A stretch of DNA of 64,000 nt from Gammaproteobacteria bacterium (GTDB lineage: Bacteria; Pseudomonadota; Gammaproteobacteria; JAJFKG01): contig OZ220716.1 in NCBI GenBank assembly GCA_965116795.1, positions 938,503 to 1,002,502 of the forward strand, read 5' to 3'. Below the pieces are notes generated by a model that saw only the letters and a list, made by a program, of their open reading frames with translations, searched no databases and was not told where the DNA came from. Positions within the stretch are counted from its first letter, which is position 1, and each line of letters starts with the position of its first letter. The translations under genes and the position numbers were made by a program. This document shows, piece after piece, positions 1-20,194 of this stretch.

Positions 1-117
1 TTACATTACTGAGGTTAATGTAACGAGTCCAACCTGTGTCTGTGAATTTAATAAAACATTTAATATTAATGTCGGGGAGATGTTGTTAGATGTTGTTAGT
101 GATAAATTATCCTCATC

Positions 118-639
118 ATGAAAACATTACAGCGTAGTTTATTTTTAGTCGGCCCTGCCGGTGTTGGTAAAAGCACTATTGGTAAACAGGTTGCGCTGAA
201 ATTGCAGTGTGAATTTTATGATATTGATCGTATTATCGAACAGCGAACCGGTGTTGGTATCGCACATATTTTTGATGTTGAAGGTGAAGTTGGTTTTCGT
301 CAGCGTGAGCAAACCATCTTAGCTGAATATGCGAACAAACCAGCTGCTGTAATTGCTACAGGTGCGGGTGCTGTATTGACTCAGGCTAATTGTGACTTAA
401 TTAAACTAACCGGTGATGTTGCGTATCTATGGGCACCGGAAGATATTTTGGTGGAACGTGTTGAACGCAATAATAATCATCGTCCATTATTGCAAGTGGA
501 GAATGTATCACAGACAGTTGCAGCAATGTTAGCTGAGCGCACGCCGTTGTATGAATCATTAGCAACATGGCAGGTGAATGCATTTGATCGCAAAATCAGT
601 CGTATTGCTAATGAAATTTATAAATTGTTACCGTTATAG
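118..639 (+). CDS. aroK: shikimate kinase
   Basis: GPAGVGKST P-loop, IFDVEGEVGFRQRE, ATGAG, RPLL motifs. Confidence 0.93.
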   Translation: MKTLQRSLFLVGPAGVGKSTIGKQVALKLQCEFYDIDRIIEQRTGVGIAHIFDVEGEVGFRQREQTILAEYANKPAAVIATGAGAVLTQANCDLIKLTGDVAYLWAPEDILVERVERNNNHRPLLQVENVSQTVAAMLAERTPLYESLATWQVNAFDRKISRIANEIYKLLPL

Positions 640-660
640 TAGATATACAAAAAGTTATAC

Positions 661-1608
661 TTACGCTGCCACCACTTCACGTTGTTTTTTTTCTGATACA
701 ATACTAGATGCATTCTTCAACAGCATCTGTATTAATTGGCTCAACGTTTCTGTCATGATGACAAAGTCTGCATCGAAGCGTTGTTCGGCAGTTTCTGTAT
801 GGATATCTAATGTTAATTCTTGAATTAAATCCAAAAAGCGCATGCTGCCAATGCTGCCGTCTTCTTTTAAGGTAAAGCTAACTCTATCTGACCATTGCAA
901 CCCCAATTGTACGACTTGATAATCGTTTTGTAAGAAGTGTTGAATTTCTTCAGCAAAAATATCTTGATTCTGGCATCGTACAACGGTTTTATTACTGCTG
1001 GCTTGACGTAATACAATGCTATCTAATGCACTCAATTGATTGGGTAAATTCATTTGTTTAATCCAGCGTGTTAATGTGGTTGTTGCTGGTGTCAATGGTT
1101 GATTTATTAGTTTTTTCTCAGAAACAGTGTCATGCCAGCATGTTAAAAACAATTCGAGTTGTTTTTTGCTAGCAACATCAACGATCATCTGTTGATGCTT
1201 GGGATCGATATAGGCATAAATCCGTGTTTGCTTGGTAAATGCCTGTGGTAATAATGAAAAATACAATTCATCTTGGATCCCTAATTTTTCACGTCGACTG
1301 ATTTTTCTATGTTGCTGTTGTTCTAGTTCTAAAATCTTTGTTTGTAAAGCTTGTTTAACCACACTACTTGGTAGTAATCGTTCATCGATTAATAAACAAA
1401 TCAATAGATAGCCATTAGCAGCGTGGACTAACAGTGTATCCTCTTGATCAAGTTGAACAGTTTGTATGGGTGCTGTCCAACCAACATGATGCGGACTAAC
1501 TCTGGGGCAGGGTACACTGTGCTTTGTTGCCAACTTAGCATGTAATGCATCTGCATTGTATGCAAGCGGTTGGCTTAATTGATATAAACGAATATTCTTA
1601 AACCACAT
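661..1608 (-). CDS. rdgC: recombination-associated protein RdgC
   Basis: MWFKNIRLYQL start, ERLLPSSVV, LLPQAF, RFDADF motifs. Confidence 0.92.
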   Translation of the reverse strand: MWFKNIRLYQLSQPLAYNADALHAKLATKHSVPCPRVSPHHVGWTAPIQTVQLDQEDTLLVHAANGYLLICLLIDERLLPSSVVKQALQTKILELEQQQHRKISRREKLGIQDELYFSLLPQAFTKQTRIYAYIDPKHQQMIVDVASKKQLELFLTCWHDTVSEKKLINQPLTPATTTLTRWIKQMNLPNQLSALDSIVLRQASSNKTVVRCQNQDIFAEEIQHFLQNDYQVVQLGLQWSDRVSFTLKEDGSIGSMRFLDLIQELTLDIHTETAEQRFDADFVIMTETLSQLIQMLLKNASSIVSEKKQREVVAA

Positions 1609-1766
1609 AACGACTTATCCTATAAGTGAGGAGGCTATTATACAGAAATCGATTATTAGCAGAAGGTAAGTTGTGTTTAATTAATGCGCGGCTTACAAGA
1701 TTATTGCACACAGACTAAAAGTTGGCTACGCTAATTAACAGTAATAGACACAGGGATGTGGTGGTG

Positions 1767-1970
1767 ATGAAATATATTAATACGCTTATTCTGATCCTCA
1801 GCGCAGGATTAATTGGTTGTACATTTTATACGCCTAATTATTATGATATATCTAATCAGCAGTGGCAACACATGCCGATGCAGCAACAAACCAATTCAAT
1901 TTATGCGTATAATACTGAACAGGCAGTAGAAGCTAAGCGACAAACAAACTTTACTTTTAATCCATTTTAA
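1767..1970 (+). CDS. small putative lipoprotein (67 aa)
   Basis: From ATG 1767: MKYINTLILILSAGLIG-C lipobox-like signal; the ORF-track start at 1722 is probably too long. Confidence 0.55.
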   Translation: MKYINTLILILSAGLIGCTFYTPNYYDISNQQWQHMPMQQQTNSIYAYNTEQAVEAKRQTNFTFNPF

Positions 1971-1983
1971 CAAGCGCAAAGTA

Positions 1984-2147
1984 ACGCCATGCTCGACTTT
2001 ATCTAAAAAGCTAAATAAATTTGCCTTCAAAAATAACTTAATAGAACCTCTGTGTGTTGAGGCGTTATCCCAGAAGCCGTGGAACGGCTATCTGGGATCC
2101 GAATAATCAAATAATTACACTATTACATAGAAAGTCGAACATCGCGT
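1984..2147. mobile_element. MITE with IS982-like ends (164 bp)
   Basis: Left end ACGCCATGCTCGACTTT is identical to the IR of the IS at 17644; right end AAAGTCGAACATCGCGT matches 15/17; 7-bp direct repeat CAAAGTA at 1977-1983 and 2148-2154; internal hairpin 2067-2098. Confidence 0.85.
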
Positions 2148-2174
2148 CAAAGTACTAACGAGCAAGGAATTTAA

Positions 2175-2966
2175 GTGATGCATATATCACGTTTATACAT
2201 GCATAATACCTTACGCAATTTTAATTACATTGTGGCTTGTTCTGAAACAGGTGATGCATTGGTGATCGATCCATTAGATGCGAATGCCTGTTTGGCGGAA
2301 GCAAAACAACATGGCTGGACGATTCGTCAAATTTTGAATACTCATGAACACAATGATCATACTGCTGGTAATCGTGACCTAGTTGCAGCGACTGGTGCAC
2401 AAGTATTAGCGCATGCCAACGCTGCCAAAACCATTGGTGGTGTTAATCACGGCTTGCAAGCAGGGGAGTGTATTCGCGTTGGTAACACAATTGAATTACA
2501 AGTGCTAGATACGCCAGGCCATACATTTTCTCATGTATGCTTATTTGCGCATGCTGATCAACCTGCATTATTTTGTGGTGACACGTTATTTAATGCGGGG
2601 GTTGGTCATTGTCGTAGTGGTGACCCCATATTGTTATACGAAAGTTTTGCTAAACAGTTAACAAAGCTTGCTAATAATACATTGATTTACCCAGGGCATG
2701 ATTATTTAGTGAATAATTTACGGTTCACCTTAGATCGTGAACCGAGCAATCACATTGCAAAAGATACATTAACTAATGCTGAACACTATACTGGTTTTTG
2801 TGATGTGGTAAATACGTTGGCTGAAGAGCGTGATATTAATGTATTTTTACGTCTGCAATCACCAGATGTTATTGATACATTACGTCAACAATTTTCTGAT
2901 TTTCCAGCACAACCCAGCTCAAAAGACGTTTTTTTAAAACTACGTCAATTACGTGATCATTGGTAA
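2175..2966 (+). CDS. gloB: hydroxyacylglutathione hydrolase (glyoxalase II)
   Basis: THEHNDHTAG metallo-beta-lactamase motif, TPGHT, GDTLF, PGHDY. Confidence 0.9.
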   Translation: MMHISRLYMHNTLRNFNYIVACSETGDALVIDPLDANACLAEAKQHGWTIRQILNTHEHNDHTAGNRDLVAATGAQVLAHANAAKTIGGVNHGLQAGECIRVGNTIELQVLDTPGHTFSHVCLFAHADQPALFCGDTLFNAGVGHCRSGDPILLYESFAKQLTKLANNTLIYPGHDYLVNNLRFTLDREPSNHIAKDTLTNAEHYTGFCDVVNTLAEERDINVFLRLQSPDVIDTLRQQFSDFPAQPSSKDVFLKLRQLRDHW

Positions 2967-3036
2967 GCCTTTTATAGGTTTGAATATGGCTAAGCCCAAC
3001 GGTTTTTCAATTGCCTGTGAATTATCTTTAATTTTT

Positions 3037-12099
<9,063 letters not shown>

Positions 12100-12570
12100 C
12101 TGCTGCCACCTTAATAGTGCAGGTTACATAACGGCATTTAGGGATATAATAATTCAGTAGATTTGGTTAATAATCAAATATTATTATTTAACTAATTGCA
12201 TAACCCCTAATATGTAACTGCCAAAAATGTTATTTATTTATTATCATTTATTTATACAAATAAGCAGTTTATGTGTTATGGGAGATAGTAAGAAAAACAT
12301 CGGTGTACCCGTTTTAAGGGCATTAAAAAAATGTATAAAACCCCCAATGCTGCGATTTAGCAGATTTGATGATTTTTTATTGAGTGTAATAAATGTAGAT
12401 GTTTTTCTTATAATTTTTAGTGTGCATTTGTTGCCGCAAAATAGCATAACCAATAACACAATACCGCTTACCTATAAGTGTAGTTGGTCGGCCAATTTAT
12501 TGCCAATATTCAGCTTGTTGTAACTGATTGAATTGACCTGAAAAATAAAATTTTTCCTTAGTTTTATTCC

Positions 12571-13293
12571 CTATAAGGTGGTAAATAGCTCAGTGAGGAA
12601 GTTTTGCATCGCCAACCAGGCACGTTGATTAGCCAATTCGTTGTAGACCGTACCAAAATCTGGGTCGTTTGCATCGGGCTTGGTGAAGGCATGCATGGTA
12701 TTGCCATAGGCATGCGATTGCCAATCAGCTTTGGTAGCCGTCATTTCTTGACAAAATGTTATGACTTGGTCTGGAGTTGCCATGGGATCATCATAACCGT
12801 GTAACACCAGTACTTTTGCTGAAATGTTATTATTGCGACTCGCATTGTCTGGCGCATTTAATAAACCATGAAAACTAACAATACCATTAATGGCTGTTCC
12901 GCTACGCGCTAAGTCAAGTACGCATAATCCGCCAAAACAAAATCCAATCGCAGCAACACGTTGTTGATCGACAAAAGGTAATTGTTTAGCTGCCTCTAAT
13001 CCAGCTTGTAAACGTGCTAATAAGAATTGTCGGTCTTCGATAAAGGGGGCAATTAATTGTGTGTTTTGTTCACGACTATTACCTAATACACCTTTACCAA
13101 ACATATCGATAGCAAAGCCGACATATCCTAGTTTAGCTAATGCACGTGCTTGATCACAGGCAAATTGATCACGTCCACCCCATGCATGTGCAACTAGTAC
13201 CAATGGCTGTTGTTTACCATGCGTGGCATCAACTGCACAGAAGCCTTCTAATGTGGTATCCGTATGTGTGTATTCAATCAATTGTGTTTGCAT
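12571..13293 (-). CDS. dienelactone hydrolase family protein
   Basis: GFCFGG nucleophile motif, SFHG, HAFT. Confidence 0.9.
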   Translation of the reverse strand: MQTQLIEYTHTDTTLEGFCAVDATHGKQQPLVLVAHAWGGRDQFACDQARALAKLGYVGFAIDMFGKGVLGNSREQNTQLIAPFIEDRQFLLARLQAGLEAAKQLPFVDQQRVAAIGFCFGGLCVLDLARSGTAINGIVSFHGLLNAPDNASRNNNISAKVLVLHGYDDPMATPDQVITFCQEMTATKADWQSHAYGNTMHAFTKPDANDPDFGTVYNELANQRAWLAMQNFLTELFTTL

Positions 13294-13335
13294 GTTACCT
13301 CCTTGCTATCCTGTTTTCCTGAACATTACAGTGTG

Positions 13336-14259
<924 letters not shown>

Positions 14260-14814
14260 CTACCGTATTTTTTCCTTTGTTATCGCGTCGTATATTGGTG
14301 TCGGGCCAATATGATTGTCAATATTTCCTGGGATGACTAAATCAACCTGTTTACCAAATTGTGTAACGACATCATCATAATCGGTTAACGGAGTTTGATT
14401 CGCCACATTCGCACTGGTTGATGTTATCGGTTTTGCAAACTGTTCACATACTGTTTTGATAATAGGATGTGCGCTAATCCGTACTGCTAATGAAGTTAAT
14501 CCTGGCAGCAATAGTGTACGTCCCTTTTCAGACAATGGAAATATCCAAGTAACAGGGCCGGGCCAAGTTGTCATGATGTAATCTAGATCAGTAACAGCAG
14601 AGGTATCAATGATATTATCAATTTGTGCAAATTCACTGGCAACCACAATGAATGCTTTGTTTGCTGGACGTTGTTTAATATCTAGGATACGTTGCCAGGC
14701 GACTTGATTAAATGGATCGCAGCCTAAACCGTACACACCTTCTGTCGGGTAAGCAATCACTCCACCCTGTTGTAATAGTAATGCAGCTTGATCAATATAC
14801 TGTTGATCTAACAT
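14260..14814 (-). CDS. tsaC: threonylcarbamoyl-AMP synthase (Sua5/YrdC)
   Basis: IAYPTEGVYGLGCDP, KQR, WPGPVT, STSAN. Confidence 0.93.
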   Translation of the reverse strand: MLDQQYIDQAALLLQQGGVIAYPTEGVYGLGCDPFNQVAWQRILDIKQRPANKAFIVVASEFAQIDNIIDTSAVTDLDYIMTTWPGPVTWIFPLSEKGRTLLLPGLTSLAVRISAHPIIKTVCEQFAKPITSTSANVANQTPLTDYDDVVTQFGKQVDLVIPGNIDNHIGPTPIYDAITKEKIR

Positions 14815-14859
14815 GTTGCAATCTTATCTATATAGTTAATGGAAGCAGTTAACAATTTA

Positions 14860-17166
14860 TTATTTGGAGCCATCAGTAGTCGTTGTATCTTCTTCATAGG
14901 CTTCACGGTAATTACAGTTCTGTTGTGGGCATAGTATTTCACGACCTCTACGCTTCGTGGTTTTAATCGTTAAAATAGGCCACTCACAATTAGGGCATGG
15001 TGTTGCTATTGGTGGATCCCATAATGCATATTCGCAATTAGGGTAGCAGGCACATGAATAAAAGATCTTACCACGTCGTGATTTACGCTCTAATATATTA
15101 CCTTTTTTGCACTTAGGACATGCTATTTCAGTGTCTTTTGGTTTTTCTAATGGTTCAGTGAAGTTACATTCAGGGTAATTGCTGCAGCCGATGAATTTAC
15201 TATAACGACCCGTTTTGATGACTAATGTTTGTTGGCATTCAGGACATTGACGTCCTTCAACGGCTTCTACTTGTTCTTGATTATCGTCACCGTCTAAATT
15301 GCGTGTGTAATCACAATCAGGATAACCAGTGCAACCAATAAAGCGACCACGTCGTCCCAAACGAATGGATAATGGTTTACTACATTTCGGACAATTCTCA
15401 TCGAGTTTTTCTTGGGTCACATCACTGCGTTTGACCGTCTGATTAATTTCATCAATGCGCTGCTTAAAGCGCTCCCAAAATTCATCCATTAACGGTAACC
15501 ATTCTTTTTCGCCACGTGCAATTTCATCTAAAGCATCTTCCATGCGCGCAGTAAAATTATATTCTACATAATTGGTAAAGTACGTGGTGAGGAATTTAGC
15601 GACTACGCGACCCACATCAGTAGGTGTAAATCGTTTATTATCAAGTTGTACGTATTCACGTGCTTGCAGTGTAGAAATGATCGATGCATAGGTTGATGGT
15701 CTACCGATCCCATGTTCTTCCAAACTTTTTACTAGGCTTGCTTCACTGTAGCGTGGTGGTGGTTCAGTAAAATGTTGGTTTGGTGTAATTGATTTTAATG
15801 TAATAACATCACCTTCTTTCATCGTAGGTAGTAATTTTTCATCATTATCTGTTGTTTTACTATCATCTTGTCCTTCAAGATAGACCGCCATGAAGCCAGC
15901 ATGTGCAATGCTAGAACCATTGGCACGAAACGCACAATCATCACCACAAGCTAAGGTGATAGCAACCGTATCAATAGTAGCGTGTATCATTTGACTGGCT
16001 ACTGTTCGTTTCCAAATTAATCGATACAGCTTAAGTTGTTCTTCATTTAAGTAATCTTTAATAGCATCTGGCGTACGCATTGCTGATGTTGGGCGAATTG
16101 CTTCATGTGCTTCTTGGGCATTTTTCGATTTTGTTTTGTAAGTGCGTGGCTGTTTCGGTAAGTGAGAGTCGCCATATTGTTTGTTAATCAAATCTCGAAT
16201 TTCATTAATTGCTTCGTTAGCTAAATTAACCGAGTCAGTACGCATATACGTAATTAATCCGACAGTGTTACGGCCAATGTCGATCCCTTCATATAATTGT
16301 TGGGCAACACGCATAGTACGTTTAGTGGTAAACCCGAGTTTGCGCACAGCTTCTTGTTGTAGAGTTGATGTAATAAAAGGAGGTGCTGGGTTGCGCTTAC
16401 GTTGTTTTTTCTCAACTTGTTTAACAATTAATTTTCCGTCACTTTGCTGAGCAAGATAAGTGACATATTCAGTTGCTTGTTGTTCATTGGTAACAGTAAA
16501 TTGAGTGACTTTCTCGTTTTTATATTCAACTAATTTTGCATTAATGATTTGCGATTGCAGATCGCCAGCAGCAATAATGCTCCAATATTCTTGTGATTTA
16601 AATTGTTCGATTTCATGTTCACGTTCGACAATCATTCTCAATGCTGGACTTTGTACACGGCCTGCTGATAAACCTCTGCGAATTTTACTCCATAGTAATG
16701 GTGATAAAGTAAAACCGACTAGGTAATCCAATATGCGTCTAGTACGTTGGGCCTGTACTAAATCCATATCCAATGTGCGTGGATGCTCAATTGCTGCTTG
16801 TACTGCATTTTTAGTAATTTCATAAAACACAACACGATGAATTGGTTTATCATTCAGTACACCTTTATCTTTTAATATTTCGTACACATCGAATGAAATG
16901 GCTTCACCTTCGCGGTCAGGGTCAGTTGCCAGATACAATGCGTTAGCTTGTTTTGCTGCTTTGATCATCACATCAACATGTTTTTGATTTTTATCGATGT
17001 TCTGTAATTTCATTTTGAATTGGTTATTCGGATCAACTGCTCCACCTTTGGGAACCAAGTCACGCACATGGCCAAAAGAAGCCAACACATCAAAGTCTTT
17101 TCCAACATATTTTTTAATGGTTTTCGCTTTAGCGGGTGATTCGACAACAATAAGATGTTTAGCCAT
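14860..17166 (-). CDS. topA: DNA topoisomerase I
   Basis: VESPAKAK, ATDPDREGE, SAGRVQS, ITYMRTD, C-terminal Zn ribbons. Confidence 0.97.
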   Translation of the reverse strand: MAKHLIVVESPAKAKTIKKYVGKDFDVLASFGHVRDLVPKGGAVDPNNQFKMKLQNIDKNQKHVDVMIKAAKQANALYLATDPDREGEAISFDVYEILKDKGVLNDKPIHRVVFYEITKNAVQAAIEHPRTLDMDLVQAQRTRRILDYLVGFTLSPLLWSKIRRGLSAGRVQSPALRMIVEREHEIEQFKSQEYWSIIAAGDLQSQIINAKLVEYKNEKVTQFTVTNEQQATEYVTYLAQQSDGKLIVKQVEKKQRKRNPAPPFITSTLQQEAVRKLGFTTKRTMRVAQQLYEGIDIGRNTVGLITYMRTDSVNLANEAINEIRDLINKQYGDSHLPKQPRTYKTKSKNAQEAHEAIRPTSAMRTPDAIKDYLNEEQLKLYRLIWKRTVASQMIHATIDTVAITLACGDDCAFRANGSSIAHAGFMAVYLEGQDDSKTTDNDEKLLPTMKEGDVITLKSITPNQHFTEPPPRYSEASLVKSLEEHGIGRPSTYASIISTLQAREYVQLDNKRFTPTDVGRVVAKFLTTYFTNYVEYNFTARMEDALDEIARGEKEWLPLMDEFWERFKQRIDEINQTVKRSDVTQEKLDENCPKCSKPLSIRLGRRGRFIGCTGYPDCDYTRNLDGDDNQEQVEAVEGRQCPECQQTLVIKTGRYSKFIGCSNYPECNFTEPLEKPKDTEIACPKCKKGNILERKSRRGKIFYSCACYPNCEYALWDPPIATPCPNCEWPILTIKTTKRRGREILCPQQNCNYREAYEEDTTTTDGSK

Positions 17167-17168
17167 AG

Positions 17169-17639
17169 TTAGTGTGTCACTCTTGATAAGTTGCTCAGTC
17201 CAGTTTGTATATCAGTAAACAAACTGCATAGTGTATTCAATGGTTGTTGTGGGTTTAATATAACAAATAACGCGATATATGCTAAGCGAGCGGTGTTGAT
17301 TAATCGTTTCCCCGAATAATGTAAACAAACGGTTAATACGGTTTCTAGTGTTGTTGTTGACAATAGTTTGAGTTGTATCAGTTGATACAATAATTGCTGT
17401 GCATCGTGTGTTAGTGCTGCTTTCTCAACAGGCGATAATACACGAGTAGTTTGGTAATACACAGTTTGTTGTGATACTTGCTGATGAGCAGTTAACCACT
17501 GGTTTAATAAGTCTAATAGCTTGCTTAGCTCAGCGGCAACGGCATGATTAGCATTGGTATCATCTAGGGCTAATGTATTCGTTGCATGTTGTTCGAACAA
17601 CATATAATTTTCCAATAAATAAAACAGTATACTTAACAT
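17169..17639 (-). CDS. smg: Smg (DUF494)-like protein, divergent
   Basis: MLSILFYLLENY start and position between dprA and topA; the extra 9 N-terminal residues in the ORF track come from the IS end. Confidence 0.7.
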   Translation of the reverse strand: MLSILFYLLENYMLFEQHATNTLALDDTNANHAVAAELSKLLDLLNQWLTAHQQVSQQTVYYQTTRVLSPVEKAALTHDAQQLLYQLIQLKLLSTTTLETVLTVCLHYSGKRLINTARLAYIALFVILNPQQPLNTLCSLFTDIQTGLSNLSRVTH

Positions 17640-17643
17640 ATTA

Positions 17644-18661
17644 ACGCCATGCTCGACTTTTTTCATACAGTGACGAGCCTTTCAAACTGAAGTGGTTTGT
17701 TACCCACTATCTTATTAATAAATACGGCCAAGGTGTGTGATAATATTTTTCTGGTAACACGATTAGTGAAATGCCATGTATCTCTTGCCCTGACTTTTTG
17801 AATATGAAACCGTTCGCTTAATTGGCCGATAACCGTTTCAACCAAACGCCGTGTTGATATCAACCATGATGCTGCATCTTTTCCTCTTGTATCAACCATA
17901 TTATCGCGTAGTGGTGTTTGCAAGTTTACGTTTGTCTCTCGTGCCAGTTGCTGTTGATAATCTTTGCCAATTAATCCCTTGTCAGCCAACATTAATCCAC
18001 TAATGCCGCCAATAATATCCCAAAGCGATTCTCTTTCATCGATATTAGCGGCTGTCGCCGTTATACTACTGATCACACCTTCAGAATTAATCACAACATT
18101 TCCTTTGAAACCGTAATAAGTCTCATCTTTGGATGCACAGTATCCAAAGCCTGCTTCACCCTTAAATACACGACTATATTTTGCTCGTTTGAATTTGCAA
18201 ACCGGTATCGGAAATCCATCTGCCATATGTAATGTGTCATCAGTAGCATGCAGTTGGTCACCTATTTTCATTTGGATAACTTGTTTTACTTTCCACAGGT
18301 TTGCTGCTTGTTTTGCAAAGTTACTACGTGCTCCTAGATCGGGAAACAACATTTGCCAGTTAGTTTTAAAATAAGACCATAAGCCTTTATCTGTATCAAT
18401 TCCTAAAAATTCTCCGACAACTTCCATGGTAATTACTTCTTCATCTGATAACTTTGGTGCGAAACCTCGATGTCGTAGCACCTGTAATCCTTCCATACTT
18501 TTGGTACTTTCCGCTACTAAACAAAACACCGTAATGATAAAATCCTCCAATGGCATGGTGACTCTCCTTGTAAGGGCGATTCTTTCAAACCAAAATTACT
18601 GGAATTCACTGTGCCAGTCAAACTTTAAACAATTTTATCCCAAAAAAGTCGAGCATGGCGT
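17644..18661 (-). mobile_element. IS982-family insertion sequence (1018 bp)
   Basis: Perfect 20-bp IRs ACGCCATGCTCGACTTTTTT; direct repeat TATTA at 17639-17643 and 18662-18666; single transposase. Confidence 0.92.
17663..18556 (-). CDS. IS982-family DDE transposase
   Basis: LSDEEVIT, DGFPIPVC, GYCASK..YYGFK, ADKG, RRLVETVIGQL motifs. Confidence 0.92.
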   Translation of the reverse strand: MPLEDFIITVFCLVAESTKSMEGLQVLRHRGFAPKLSDEEVITMEVVGEFLGIDTDKGLWSYFKTNWQMLFPDLGARSNFAKQAANLWKVKQVIQMKIGDQLHATDDTLHMADGFPIPVCKFKRAKYSRVFKGEAGFGYCASKDETYYGFKGNVVINSEGVISSITATAANIDERESLWDIIGGISGLMLADKGLIGKDYQQQLARETNVNLQTPLRDNMVDTRGKDAASWLISTRRLVETVIGQLSERFHIQKVRARDTWHFTNRVTRKILSHTLAVFINKIVGNKPLQFERLVTV

Positions 18662-18777
18662 TATTATTTAAATTACATTTCGTTTAATATTATCGTTAAT
18701 TTAAACGGCTGTGTCCTTATTTGCAATTATGCTCACTCGTAACAGTTGAATATTGATCAGGCAAACACTGCACGATT

Positions 18778-20191
18778 TTAGCGTTGTTTTCGCGTATATC
18801 CATTGGCGCTAGCTTTGATATGTCCTGACAAGGTTAAATCCGTTAACAAGGTAGCAACCATAGCGACGGATAGCCCGCTGCGCACAATGATTTGTTCCAT
18901 AGGCGTTGCCTGATAGCCGACACACTTTAATAAAAAAGCGTGATCGTTGTCTAGCGACGTTGTTTGCTGAATGGGTAAATTGTCTATTTTTTCACCGTTT
19001 GTGCCTGTTGATGCTAAATGTGGTAACGCATTAATAATGTCATCGACATGTTCGACGAGTTGGGCACCCTCACGTAATAAATGGTGGCACCCTTTCGTCA
19101 TCGGATTGTGGATCGAACCTGGAATAGCAAATACTTCACGGTCTTGCTCTAGCGCAAGACGTGCTGTAATCAACGATCCACTGCGCAATGTTGCCTCTAC
19201 TACCAAAACGCCAGTACTGAGGCCACTGATGATGCGATTGCGTTGCGGGAAATGGTATGCACGTGGTGGTGTATTTGGTAAAAATTCACTGAGAATGACA
19301 CCACCTTGCTCACGAATTTGATCAGCAAGTTGTTGATGGGTTTTGGGGTAGCACTGATCAAGGCCAGTTGCGATTACAGCAATAGTATGAGGATGGTTAC
19401 TATTCAGTGCTCCACGATGGCTAGCACCATCGATGCCGTGTGCCAATCCGCTGGTAATGACTACACCATGATCCGCGAGTGTTTTAGCAAAATGTTGGGC
19501 CAACTCGATTCCATCTGCACTCGGGTTACGGCTGCCAACCATCTTGCTCACGAATTTGATCAGCAAGTTGTTGATGGGTTTTGGGGTAGCACTGATCAAG
19601 GCCAGTTGCGATTACAGCAATAGTATGAGGATGGTTACTATTCAGTGCTCCACGATGGCTAGCACCATCGATGCCGTGTGCCAATCCGCTGGTAATGACT
19701 ACACCATGATCCGCGAGTGTTTTAGCAAAATGTTGGGCCAACTCGATTCCATCTGCACTCGGGTTACGGCTGCCAACCATAGCAAGCTGGTTACGTGATA
19801 ATAATTGCCAATTACCATCGGCAAATAATACAAGTGGCGGATCGACGATGTGTTTAAGTAGTGGTGGATAGTCTGATGAGCCTAGGGTGATGATTTTCCA
19901 ATGGTGTTGATCAATGCAATTGATTGCCGCATCGATTTGATTCCATGGTGGACTTTGTAAATACGTAATTTGTTTAGGTGATAAACTAGCTTGTTGTAAT
20001 AAGGTTACGTTAGCGGTGAATAGATTATTGATCGATTGATCTAAAATGGTGGCTAGTGCATATAAGCGGATATGAGGTTGTGGTGCACGTGCTAAACCAA
20101 GCCACTCACGCAATGTACCTTGCAGAGGTCTAACATCAATTGATGAAGATAGCAGTTCGGCGCCTGGTTGTACTTGAGATAGCGCATGCAC
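18778..20191 (-). pseudogene. dprA: DNA-processing protein DprA, frameshifted by an internal tandem duplication
   Basis: VGSR, SGLAHGIDG, FPQRNRIISGLS, SGSLITA and REVFAIPG motifs split over two ORFs; removing one 238-bp copy restores a 1176-bp frame. Confidence 0.88.
19305..19780. repeat. 238-bp direct tandem duplication (19305-19542 = 19543-19780)
   Basis: Both copies run CTTGCTCACG...TGCCAACCAT and appear identical. Confidence 0.95.
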
Positions 20192-20194
20192 GAA

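Noticed and set aside
12227-12523. Two short ORFs, or a riboswitch, upstream of the adhesin
   Set aside because: AT-rich, with no recognisable motif or RBS and no convincing structure by eye
18426-18671. ORF ending in KKVEHGV, like the start of the 17666 ORF
   Set aside because: Both are translations of the IS inverted repeat
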